Position numbers and translations under genes: made by a program
Assembly (NCBI RefSeq): GCF_964213995.1
Contig: NW_027590198.1
Span: forward strand, 124,001 to 188,000
Direction: 5' to 3'
Length of the DNA stretch: 64,000 nt
Origin: Mustelus asterias
Lineage: Eukaryota
Notes under the pieces: generated by a model
Seen by the model: only the letters and a program-made list of their open reading frames with translations
The model's database searches: none
Told to the model about the DNA's origin: nothing
Shown: piece after piece, positions 40,622 through 52,000 of the stretch
Numbering within the stretch: position 1 is the stretch's first letter
Layout of the letters: each line of letters begins with the position of its first letter

Positions 40622-42399
40622 CATATAAACTGAGACAGAGCCCAGTAATGAATGAAACTGGACCTAAATTTCTTTAGGCTGAGACGGAGTCAAGTGCATT
40701 AATAATAATTACTAATAGATACAGGACAGTGACAGAGTCCAATGTATTAGTAATGATTACTGATACAGTACCTAGAATGATGTAAACTGAGACAGAGCCC
40801 AGTTTATTTGTAATAATTACTGGTACAGGGCCTAGACTGATACACACTGAGATACGGACAATGCAGCAATTAGGAGGTATTGCAAAATGCGATTATAGCT
40901 GAGACGTGACATAGTCTTAAATAAATAAACACATGGACGGGTGCAGCTTTAACGTAAACAGGATCTAGTTTATCAAAATCTAATGAACTATTACCATAAT
41001 ATCTGTGACAGAACCATGTGTCATGCATGAAGCAGTTGCTCCAGTTTAGTATGCAGTGGCAAATGTTCTGAGGCAGTAAGAATCGAGACACGGCCTCTTG
41101 TCAGATCAGCAGAAGCATGGCTCAGTACCGCCATAACTTAGAAATTATAATAAAAACAGGGCCTGTCTCTCATTTCCGAACACCTGTTATTGAGCCAAGT
41201 GCAGAAAATAGCTTAGACATGACCTCCTCGAATATGACCCAGGCACAGCCTACTGGAATAGACAGAGGCAGAAGCTAGTTGAATATAGGCAAAGATATGG
41301 TATGTTTAAAATTGTTGTGATTTTGATGTCACTGGGAAAGTCAGCTTTTGTTGCCAAATCATGAATTCTTTTGAGAATGTGGTGGCAAGCTTTGGGAAGC
41401 TGGTGGGTGGGGTGGTTTTCGAGCCAGCTACTTTCTCCAGAATGACATTGAGCTTTTGAGTGGCACAAGTCAGGCAAGGAGAGAATAGTCAATCATCTGT
41501 GTCGGCACAGACTTGGTGGGCCGAAGGGCCTGTTCCCGTGCTTGACTGTTCTGTGATATTTGTTCATACTCCTGTCTTTTGCCTAGTAGATGATGGATAG
41601 GAGTTGGGAATTCAGGAGGTGCGTTGTTCACAGCAGAACTCCGAGCGCCTGACCTGCTCCTGTGGCCACATGATTTAAACGTCTGTCTCCGTTCAGATTT
41701 TCACGAATTGTAATTCCCAGGATGTTGATAGTGGGCGAATTCAGCGATGGGTAATGCCATTTAATGTCATGGGGAGTGGTTTGGAATCTCCCTCATTGGA
41801 GACTGTCATTGCCTGCCACTTGTGGTGCATTAATGTTCCTTGTCATTCATTAGCCAAAGACTAAATGTTTTCGAAGTCTTACTGCATATGGACACAGACT
41901 GTTTCAGTATCTGAGGAGCCGTGACTGGTGCTGAACTTTGTGCAATCACCTGTGAAAATCCCACTTCTGAACTTTGATAAAGGGTGAAGTTTGGGGCTTG
42001 GTCACCAACCTGAAGAATTCCTGCTGCAATGATTGGCCATCAACAATCCTTTGTGCTCAGTATGACTCAGGCAGTGGACTCTGTTCCCCCTGATTCCCAT
42101 TGACTGCAGTTTCGCTCGGGCTCCTTGATGCCTCAAACGGTCAGACGCTGCGTCGGTGTCAAGGGCAGGCACTCTCTATTCACCTTTTTAATTTATTTTT
42201 TTTAATCCAAATTTGGACTCTTTCCAAATCATTTCTGGAATCGAGTGCTCCTTGATTGCTCCCAAATTGACCATCTTGGTGTGTGTGTGTTGTGTGAAAT
42301 ACATCGTGTTTTATACAAATTAATTCCACAATGATCACTTGCATCCTTCCATTTCCACTACATGATGGACACACAATAAACACATCCAATTCAGATTGG

Positions 42400-42870
42400 C
42401 TTCCTTTACATATGTCACCTTTTCTAATGATTGAGGAGGCCAATTTTTGAAAAGTTAGTTCTGCCACAAGTGCTGCCCATTAAGCTACCATTCGTCATTG
42501 TGTGTTATCGTTTTGGTATCATGAATGGATATTAGGAGCTTTGGCGTAGAGCCAGTTATCACCAAAATCCTGTATTCCTTGCCCTGCTGACGGTGTTGAA
42601 TGACTTCGCGAGATTGGCCGAAGTACGTTAAAGATATGGACACATATGGAACATGGAGAAGTTGTTGGCTGGAGTAAATGTTCCAACACAGTCACTACAC
42701 TGCACATCAGGAACACCCGGTCTGCAAGTAGATGATGTATTTCAAGTGTGACCCCAGCAAAGATCTTACCCGTGATGTTATGACTGAGGTATGTTGGTAG
42801 TTGTAATAGTCTCTTCCATCGGTTTACTTTGCAAAAAGTGTGATAAATTTGAATCATGCCTGTCTTATGG
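42400..42870 (-). mobile_element. Duplicate of the RTE-clade LINE RT fragment
   Basis: ITGKIFAGV (~IVGKVFARV) and NLAKSFNTVSR. Aligns to 27640-28080. Confidence 0.65.
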
Positions 42871-42877
42871 AATGATG

Positions 42878-43180
42878 GGTGCCATGGTGGCACAGTGGTT
42901 AGCTCTGTTGCCTCACAGTGCCGGGGCCACTGGTTTGGTTCCGGCTTGGGTCAGTGTCTGTGCGGAGTCTGTACTTTCTCCCCGTTTATGCGTGGATTTC
43001 TTGTGGGTGGTCCAGTTTCCTGCACAGTCCGAAAAGGCATGCTGGTAATGTGTACTGGCCAGGCTAAATTCTCCCTCAGTGGACCCGAACAGAAGCTACA
43101 GTGTGGCGACTCAGGGATTTTACAGTGACTTCATTGCAGTGTTAATGTAAGCCTACTTGTGACATTAATAAATGAACTAC
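42878..43180 (+). mobile_element. V-SINE (HE1-like)
   Basis: GGTGGCACAGTGGTTAGC...CCTACTTGTGACATTAATAAAT. Confidence 0.85.
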
Positions 43181-43743
43181 AAACCTTAAATCTTCCAGCA
43201 AATAAGGAGAATGTCATAAATGTTCAGAAAGATAGTAATTATTTTCACCAATGACCATCCATTCGCAATTTAATAAATGCATTCACCAATTCTCATTCAT
43301 TCACAAAGGTTAGTCTATTTAAAATTACTTGATGGAAGGTGGGCGACTGTCTAAGCTATAATTTAATAGAGTCAAAGTTTCGAGTCGGGATGACCCTTTT
43401 TTTTATTTGGGGGAAATTGAAGAGGGTGAGGACATTGGGAAATGATGAGGTGGAAAGGGATTAGGATATAGTTAGCGATTGAGATGTTGATTAAGTTCGT
43501 TAGCATGGAGAAGTTGATGATTTTTGGGATCGGTATGTAAATTGATGAAACTTGTGTGTGGCTCGAAATAGTGCATATAATTAAACAGTATCTATTTGAA
43601 CTATTCCCATTTCACAGGAAAGTTATGCAGCTTCTCTGACACCTTGTTAGAAACAATGATGATCTCTCCAACGCATCAGGAATTCTCTGCCGAAGCGTCA
43701 TCCAGACTCGAAACGTTGGCTCTATTCTGTCTCCACAGATGCT

Positions 43744-44190
43744 AGTCATGATGTGGAGATGCCGGCGTTGGACTGGGGTAAACACAGTAAGAAGTTTAAC
43801 AACACCAGGTTAAAGTCCAACAGGTTTATTTGGTAGCAAAAGCCACACAAGCTTTCGGAGCTCTTAGCCCCTTCTTCAGGTGAGTGGGAATTCTGTTCAC
43901 AAACAGATTTTCACTGGCTGTCTTGTCTGGAGACAATACACATCTTTTTAGCCTGTCTTGATGCTCTCTCCACTCACATTGTTTCGTTTCTTAAAGACTT
44001 GATTAGTTGTAAGTATTCGCATTCCAACCATTATTCATGTAAATTGAGTCTGTGTCTTTATAAGCTCTGTTTGTGAACAGAATTCCCACTCACCTGAAGA
44101 AGGGGCTAAGAGCTCCGAAAGCTTGTGTGGCTTTTGCTACCAAATAAACCTGTTGGACTTTAACCTGGTGTTGTTAAACTTCTTACTGTG
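43744..44190. mobile_element. PLE family A inverted-repeat insertion, nested in an older PLE family B remnant
   Basis: Arms ~43782-43907 and ~44066-44191, near-identical to the 40035 element. 12-bp TSD TCCACAGATGCT (43732-43743 and 44191-44202). Confidence 0.85.
44086..44130 (+). ncRNA. Minimal type-I hammerhead ribozyme motif (mirror copy on - strand at 43843-43887)
   Basis: CAC-CTGAAGA-A-GGGGCT(aag)AGCTCC-GAAA-GC-TT-GTG. Confidence 0.75.
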
Positions 44191-47100
44191 TCCACAGATG
44201 CTGTCAGACCTGCTGAGATCTTACAGCATTTTCTGTTTGTTTCCAGTATTTCCTTCTATACAACTTTGCTTTGAATAATTTATTGATATTAACATTTATT
44301 GACACCTTTTTGTCACCAAGGATAAAATCTGTCCCAGAATTCAGTTGGAAATTGAATGAACACAGACCGAGTATCATGAGTAGCGACCCAGCAGACTCTG
44401 CGCTTTAAACTCCTGAATCATAACTGGTGTGATGATTTCCAAAGTAATCATACTAATTAAACCACCTGCACCAAATATGATTTTACTGAATCTTTAAATC
44501 CCGATTCATTATTACACAGTTTTGAGAAATAATGTAACACTTGTAGTTCCAGTGAGTTTCACAATATATCTGTTGCCACATTATTTATTTTACAGCTTGT
44601 TACCTTCACTAATTTGGGTGAGGGCATGGTGAGTGATTTGCTGCACATGTTTCAAATATTACAATCCTCCCTCCTCAGCCAAATCATGTTCCCTCTTTCG
44701 ATCTTGGATATGAATATTCAGCATCAGCAGAGAAATGAACCATCCGTGCGGCAGGAAAATCCCCTCTTCTTTTCGTGAGGATCAGCTTGCTAACTCCCTC
44801 GAAAATCGGGTTTGATTTCACCCAGACCTTCTGGAAGTATTGAAGTTATTAGACTGACAGAAATGGAAACAAGGAACTGTTTCAATTTATGAACCAGTCA
44901 AGTACAAATATGGGAATGTGGAACAGCATCTTTCAGTTCCATTTAACAATGCATCCATCAATCCGTTCACTGATTCCTCAATCAAAATATTCAGGCATCC
45001 AACTGATATTCATATCATTCATTCAACGGTCATTCATTCCTGCATCAACACAGTCATTCATTTATTGTTTGCGCAGATGGTGACGTAATATTAATTTAAT
45101 TGGCCCAGTGATCCAGGGACCCAGGACAATGATGTGGGGACAGGATTTAAATCGGAGCATTGCAGCTGGTGGAATTTGAATTCAATTAATAAATATGGAA
45201 CAGATACGAATGGCGACCATCGGACCCTCTCTGATTCCCCAATGAGTGAAATCTGCCATCGCTACCTGGTCTCACAAGGATGTGACTCCAGATGGACAGC
45301 AAAATAGCTGACTCCTGAATATCTTCAGAAGTGGCCTAGAAAACCACTCAGTTCAAGGGAATTTGGGAAAGACAAAAAGTGCCGGTATTTGCAACCAAAC
45401 ATCCCATGGAAAGATAAAGGGAACGAAAATACAAACATACATGTTCATGTATCGTCTCTCTGAGACATCTCTCAGTTTGCCTGTAATTCTTTCTATCCAT
45501 CTATCACCATATCCTGATGTGTTGGAAAAATCATCATTGTTGCTAACAGGGTGCCAGAGAAGCTGCATGACTTTCCTTTCATTAGAGATGGGAAAAATTC
45601 ATCTAGATTTACAACTTTTAAAAATTAAAGTGCCTCCAGTACTGTTGCTGGGTAGATTTGTTTATAAATAGGCCTCATTGACAATGTGAAGGGTTTTAAG
45701 TTGGCTTGCAGCCAAGCGGTCAGTACTGAGGAAACAGGTCTTTGTTCTGCTGCGCAACGCCCCCAGATGCTTCCTGTCAATAACTTTGAGCATTTGACAG
45801 CAGTTTGGATTGCTGCCAAATACTGTGTGGGACAGATTAGCGTGAACCTAAATGGACAAAATGGGATTCAGCCACTTAAACAATAAATGTTTCATTCCCA
45901 CAAGAATGACACATTTTAAATCGTAATCATTCTAATCAAATATTTTCATTCAATGTCCTGTTCATTATATGAGTAAATAGTATCGCAAAACAATAAAGTG
46001 ACCAGATGCTTTTTCATTTGTATAACTTCCAAGTAAATGCCATTCCACTAATTAAAGTCTGTTTATTAACCACTTCATGAAATGCGAGAGAGAGATGTTG
46101 ATGGTCCCAATTCCCCAGTCAATTGAAATCAGTGCAATGGCATAAAATGCATCGAAATATAATATGAAGAGAACAACATAAAACTGACATGAACAGCGGG
46201 AATTCCTGGAATATTCTGAACGTTCTGTATCGCATTTAAACAGCAGCGTCTCTTGTACCTGATTAACACCCTATTCTATTGTACAGTATAATCTGATTCC
46301 TGTTCTTGAAGAGTTCCAATCATAGCTGCCAATGTGTGGAGAAATGATCAGTTCATAACCTGATTCAATGGAAGATAAAACATTTATTCTTGTGATATTG
46401 TGCAATGTGCCGCAAAGTCCTGATATCTTGTGTTCGCAATACCAGCGAATGTTAGACAGCCGGTGGCCGATAGAGTGACCTGCAATGATCTGGATGCTGA
46501 AGGAGAACTTTAATGATCTCCGTGTCCGTTCCATTCATTAACTTCTCTGTCAAAAGTCGAGGTTAATTTTATGTTTCTCTGTCAACTCACTATTTAATTA
46601 TCAGGAGGGCGGGATTCTTATTATTTTCAAAGGGCTGTCTTCAAGATTGGGGTCGTTTGACAAATATAAGGAGAAACATTGTATTGTGTGAGAGTTTCTT
46701 CTCATCTCCAAACCCAAATTGTACAGTGATAGCCATCCACACTGTAAATGCAATCACTTTGTTCATACCTCCTCATTTAGTTACAGAAATCGGTAAAAAT
46801 TCTTCTGATAAATGATGCTTTATTATTGTAATGTGACAGAGACCCGGAATTGTTGACACGTAGACTGACGGTCTCTTTATTTTCCACAAATGTTATTTCA
46901 TCATTTTCAGATTTGTGTTCTTCTTGGGGGCGTGGTAATAAAATCACCATATTTACAATGGAATTAGTTATTTTAAATAAAGAAATGATGAACTGCAATA
47001 TCACCATCAGAAATAATGGAGACAATACAATGAACATACTCAGCCAAACAAATATCCCGACACAGATAAAATGTCCATTTTAATATTAACCGATTGTAAA

Positions 47101-47208
47101 TCTGGAAGTCCATTCTGTTGGGGTGTGGAAGGTGGGACCTGGATCCAGTCGCCGCCTCCAGCAGGGAATCAACAGGCGGCGCCTGGAAAGCCGCCCCCTT
47201 CTGCCGGC

Positions 47209-47216
47209 TATTTAAA
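47209..47216 (+). promoter_or_regulatory. VH promoter TATA-like box (TATTTAAA)
   Basis: TATTTAAA lies ~98 bp upstream of the leader ATG, after a GC-rich patch. I saw no ATGCAAAT octamer in the proximal region, which fits shark VH promoters. Confidence 0.7.
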
Positions 47217-47306
47217 TACCGCTCACCAGACCGGAATCCAACAGTCCGGGAGCTGGTTTGTTCACTGAGTTCCTGACACAACCATTTCCCCCAAATCACC
47301 AGAAGG

Positions 47307-47352
47307 ATGAGGTCGGCGATTTCTCTCAGTTTGTTGCTGACTTTCTTATCCG
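47307..47352 (+). CDS. IGHV: IgH V leader exon (MRSAISLSLLLTFLS-G)
   Basis: ATG at 47307, hydrophobic signal peptide, phase-1 donor G|GTGAGT at 47353. Confidence 0.95.
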
Positions 47353-47483
47353 GTGAGTAGTTTTTTTTTCATTGTCTAAGTCTCCCAGTTACTGTCTCAG
47401 TTTTAGTCCATCTCTGTAATATTCCAGAGTCAAAAATCATTACACCAGGATTAATCCTCGTGTTTTTTGATCTACTTTTACAG

Positions 47484-47788
47484 GTGTCCAGTCGGAGGTT
47501 GTGTTGACTCAGCCAGAGGCAGAGACCGGGCGTCCAGGAGGCTCCCTGACACTGACCTGTAAAACCAGCGGCTTCAGTCTTAGCAGCTATAGCATGCACT
47601 GGATCCGACAGGTTCCAGGACAGGGGCTAGAGTGGCTGCTGAGGTACTATAGTTCATCTAGCAACAACTACGCCCCAGCAATTAAAGATCGATTTACTGC
47701 GTCCAAAGACACTTCAAGCAACATCTTCTCTTTGGAAATGACGAGGCTGAAGACCGAAGACACCGCCATCTATTACTGTGCAAGACAC
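47484..47788 (+). CDS. IGHV: Immunoglobulin heavy-chain VH exon (IgM cluster), intact, germline unrearranged
   Basis: Acceptor TTTTACAG|. Translation [31 protein letters not shown]...[12 protein letters not shown]...[10 protein letters not shown] has the canonical Cys, Trp and YYC. Confidence 0.97.
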
Positions 47789-47827
47789 CACAGCGAGAGG
47801 AACTAGGGATGGACCCGAACAAGAACA
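47789..47827 (+). promoter_or_regulatory. VH 3' recombination signal sequence, 23-bp spacer
   Basis: CACAGCG (47789-47795), 23-bp spacer, ACAAGAACA (47819-47827). Confidence 0.93.
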
Positions 47828-48198
47828 GCTCGAGAGGGAATTCAGCAACTTCCATCATAACCTGAAGGTCAGTGCTTGTTTTAAATGTAGTATTAACGAC
47901 AGTGACCAGAACAAAAACACAAACCGCTTCTGACAAACCCAACTTAGTGAAAATTAAACATTAAACCAAGAAAACACACAGACATAATGGGCTGAGCTTT
48001 TCACTCTGTTTATATTTACTGTTAACAGTTTCAGCAATTACACACCTGGATATAATGCTCGTTTTAATATTTCTGATACTTGGAGGAGATGTTTCTAGAT
48101 TGTGTTTTGTGAACTGCTGCATAAATTGTAAATTACATCGAAATAATGGTCTATTTGAAGTGAATATTGAGCGGCAGTACTGAACAGAGACTGAGTGC

Positions 48199-48278
48199 AG
48201 TTTTTGTGCGAGTGTCTGTCACTGTGATACAGCAGTGGGTCACTGTGCTGAGCACAGCGACATCCTCATACAAAAACC
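48199..48278 (+). other. IGHD: DH1 segment (coding 48227-48240, ATACAGCAGTGGGT) with 12-RSS and 22-RSS
   Basis: AGTTTTTGT-12-CACTGTG [14 bp] CACTGTG-22-ACAAAAACC. This is the typical shark D1 12/22 layout. Confidence 0.93.
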
Positions 48279-48578
48279 TCATGGAAAGAGATTGCTCAAA
48301 TTGGTGATCAGTACCACAGCAGGATTTTCAAAGTAAACGAGGCTTCAGTGAAATAATGTGTGGAAGTAATATTAGTTTGTGAAAAGGTATAAAAATCTTC
48401 CCATAAAATCTATATTTACCGATCTGCTAAATCGACACAGAGAGTTTAAAAGCATTCCGATCCCCTTTATAAATACAATGACCAGGACAAGCTGAAATAT
48501 CTCACTCATTCGCTCGTGGATGAGGCAGAATCAGATTTTTGAGACAGCAGTGAAATTAAACAGTTAGCAGTCGGGCAC

Positions 48579-48645
48579 AGTATTTGTCATGCTGTGTCTC
48601 ACTGTGATACAGCAGTGCACAGCAATTACTGTCGATACAAAAACC
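48579..48645 (+). other. IGHD: DH2 segment (coding 48607-48617, ATACAGCAGTG) with 12-RSS on both sides
   Basis: AGTATTTGT-12-CACTGTG [11 bp] CACAGCA-12-ACAAAAACC. This is the typical shark D2 12/12 layout. Confidence 0.93.
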
Positions 48646-48972
48646 CCTCAGCATTAATTGACCGAGACTGGGGCAGTGCTCTGTTTTCCAATCCAGCATT
48701 GTTTACAGTGCTGTATTATTTATGTCCCAGCACTACACAAATAGCGAGAATTAATATGGGAAATTTATGATAACTATTTGATTATCAGTTGGTGTTTTCA
48801 ATACCTTGATCATGTGATCCTCTATGAAATATAAAACATTAAGGTTATTTATGTAGAGCGAACGGTATCCACCAGTACAATAATAATTTCATGAAAATGC
48901 AGTGATTTGCTTTCCCTCTGGCTTGTGACTTTTTAAAATACTGATGGATTTCTGTCTATTTTGTGCAGAGAT

Positions 48973-49011
48973 GGTTATTGTATGACCCAGCCTAGAGAAT
49001 GTGACACTGTG
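48973..49011 (-). promoter_or_regulatory. JH 5' recombination signal sequence, 23-bp spacer
   Basis: GGTTATTGT (48973-48981), 23-bp spacer, CACTGTG (49005-49011). Confidence 0.92.
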
Positions 49012-49059
49012 ACGCCATGGGCTACTGGGGACAAGGGACCATGGTGACGGTGACTGCAG
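49012..49059 (+). CDS. IGHJ: JH segment (AMGYWGQGTMVTVTA)
   Basis: WGQG motif and phase-1 donor G|GTAAG at 49060. Confidence 0.96.
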
Positions 49060-52000
49060 GTAAGAACCATGCATTTATTTAGTCAGTGTTTTATTTGAGT
49101 TTTTGTTTTATACTTTTTCTCGATTTTATTAATTCATTCGTTCAATGTAATGTGGTTTGGTGGATTCTGTGCTGAAAATCTTTACAATGTTTCATGTGAT
49201 CCTGCTTAAAATGGGGGTTATAGAATTCTACTGTTAATTGACAAAAGGTGATACTGAGTGATTCAGTCTCTTGTTGTGATTTGGTGTGTATCTGCTGAGG
49301 ACATTGTGTGGCTGGGTTACTTTAAATTCCTTCCTTTTGTTAAGCAGTTCGGCGTTTCTTCAATGTTTAATCTCGGTGACATCTAGTGGCTGCGAGTTGC
49401 ACCATCTACTGCACAAGTGTTTGAAATCTAACCCAATATTAACAAAATGTGTTAAAGTTTCTGCTTTAATGTTGCAAACATGTTCCGCTTAATCACAATC
49501 TGGTTTTGTTATGTAATTGTTGTGCTCATTTTAATTATTAGTTGCTTTGGTGATGGTTAGATTGGCTGGATTTTAAATTGAGATTTTCTGCCAATGTGAA
49601 ATTTGATTCTGTTGCAACTGTTTGTAGAATTGAGCTGCTTCTGCATGAACCGGGGTTCAGTCCCTCAGTGCTGCGTGTTTCTGGTGAGGAGGTTGGCTGT
49701 CTGGGTGACTTTGAATAAGTAAAATTTGTGAAATGGTTCGGAGATTCTGCATTGTTTACACTCGGTGACACTGAGCTGTTACACATTTTGTGATTGAATA
49801 CAAACAGTCTGCGGGTTTTAAACTACTTGACGTGTGCCTGCAGACAGAAATTAGGCAGGCTTTATTGTATTTGTATTTTTTAAAATCGTAGCTGATAATT
49901 GCAGGTTAAACCAAACCACGGTTTATGCCACTCATCCAAAACATAGTTTGCCACTGCATTCACAATTTGGGATACATGCCATGTTTAACCTCGGTGGCAT
50001 CTGACGGCTGCAGCTTTTACCCACCCAATATTTTAATATGTTTGAAATCTGTTTGAAATATGACACAATATGAATAGAATGTGGTAAAATTTCAATATCA
50101 ATTTGTTGGACATATTCCACCTCCTCGCAATGCTATTGCTCTTATTCCAAATTTCTGTTTAGTTCAATCATTCATATATTTGGTGACGAGCTGTTTTGCC
50201 GGATTGAATATTGAGATTTCCTTGCAATCATATTTTTGATTTTGTTGAATGGATAATTGAGTTGCGTCCCCGTGAAACGGATTCATTCCCTTATTGATGT
50301 GTTTTGGTGTGTTTCTGTTGAGGAGGTTCTGTTGTTGGGTCACTAAGAAGGTTTAAAATGTGTGAAATGTTTTGGTGTTTCTGCATTGTTTAAACTCGGT
50401 GGCACTGAGCGGTTACACGTTTTCTGGTTAAATGCAAATAATCTATGAGTTTGAAAATCCTTGTAGGGAGAAAATAAGCAGGTTGTGAAAGAAATAAAAT
50501 AAAGGTATTACAGCATTTTTATAAATTTTAACTGACTCTTAGAAATTAAAATAAATCATGTCTTACAACGCTCAATCGGACACTAAGTGGTTGCTGTTAA
50601 AACAAACTTCTCATTAACAAGTTTGATAATAAAATTAATATAAATCAAACTGTTATTAATCGGTAACATAACTACATATTCACAAAAGATTACTTTCTAT
50701 TAATATCATTTCGCATTAATCGGCTTTAATAGTTCTGCTGTGCTTTGCATACAATTAACATGACCAAAAAGGTTTCTCGGCTGAAAATATTTTGTGGTAA
50801 TTCCAGAAACAATTTCAATGATAACATGCTGTTTCCACAGCAGCGCTCAGTTCAACAAGGTACTTTGCATTAATTGTTATATCCCCGATGAGGTTCGCAT
50901 TCACTTAAATATGAGTTTGGAGAATAATTGGCAATAAAACGCTATTTGGAAATTTTTGTGCCCGATTATTACATTGTTTCTGTGCAGGCGCAGCATTCCT
51001 TCCAAGTAATTTGTAGTTGGATGCAGAGGTAATTAATCACTAATCTCATCTCAAAATTTGTGAAATGGTTTGGTGTTTCTCAATTGTTTCTGTATTGTTT
51101 CAACTCGGTGATCCTGAGCGGTTACACTTTTTCTAGCTAAATGAAAAAAACAAACTGCGTTTAAAGATCCTTGTCAGGATAAAACAAACTGGTATCGGAA
51201 AAAATAAAATAAATATATATTTGAGCATTTTATTCATGTTAACTGATGCTTGCAGATTAAAGTAAATCATGAATTACAATTCTTACTGTGTCACTGTATC
51301 TCTGTTAGGGACATTACACTACACTGGATCTGTTATATCTGATGTGCTCATTTTCAGAAAAAAAAATATTTTTTCCCTAGTTTTCGAGATTTGAGATAGA
51401 CAGGGAGAAATAGTTAAAAGTCGAAGGGAATTTTGAAATGAATATCAGTTTAATTTAAAAGAAGTTATTGATTTTTGTTGTTGTAGTTTGAAAATTGATC
51501 AATTAGAATCCCACAGTTTGAATAAATTTGACAGAGTAAACACAGTTTTCTGACAGGTGGAATTCGCTAACACTAAACAATTGTTCATATAACGGTGTTT
51601 GAATTGTCGTAAGGTGTCAACAGAAACTGGCTAGAGATTTACAATTTAATACTTGAAATTCAAATAATTAATTTTTTATAATATTATAATATTTTTATAT
51701 TAGTAATATTTGCTCTGCATTTAATAATAACATCCTGTCTCCCATTACTGCTGAACATAGAATAGAATTATTGGATGAATAAATGACAGAATAGAAGAAT
51801 TGATTCTATTTGAGCATTATGTTTAATTAGTATTAAATATTATACGAAGAAAAAGTCTCGACTTATTTTGTGCATCATGTTTCAGTGTTGCAGAGGATTT
51901 GAATCAATTGTCCTCATTGTGTTTTTCATTGTTTAATTCAGAACTTCTTAATTTAAACAATATGTTCAGTAATTAAATTATATGGATGGTCCAAATTATT

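Larger units (their letters stand above)
43369..44245. mobile_element. Older PLE family B remnant (host of the 43744 insertion)
   Basis: CTGCCGAAGCGTCATCCAGACTCGAAACGTT (~43688-43718) continues into TCCACAGATGCTGTCAGACCTGCTGAG. An inverted arm lies at ~43369-43400. Confidence 0.55.

Noticed and set aside
48253-48278. Second heptamer CACAGCG inside the D1 3' spacer sharing the nonamer
   Set aside because: The spacer would be 10 bp, outside 12+/-1, so it is unlikely to be a functional RSS.
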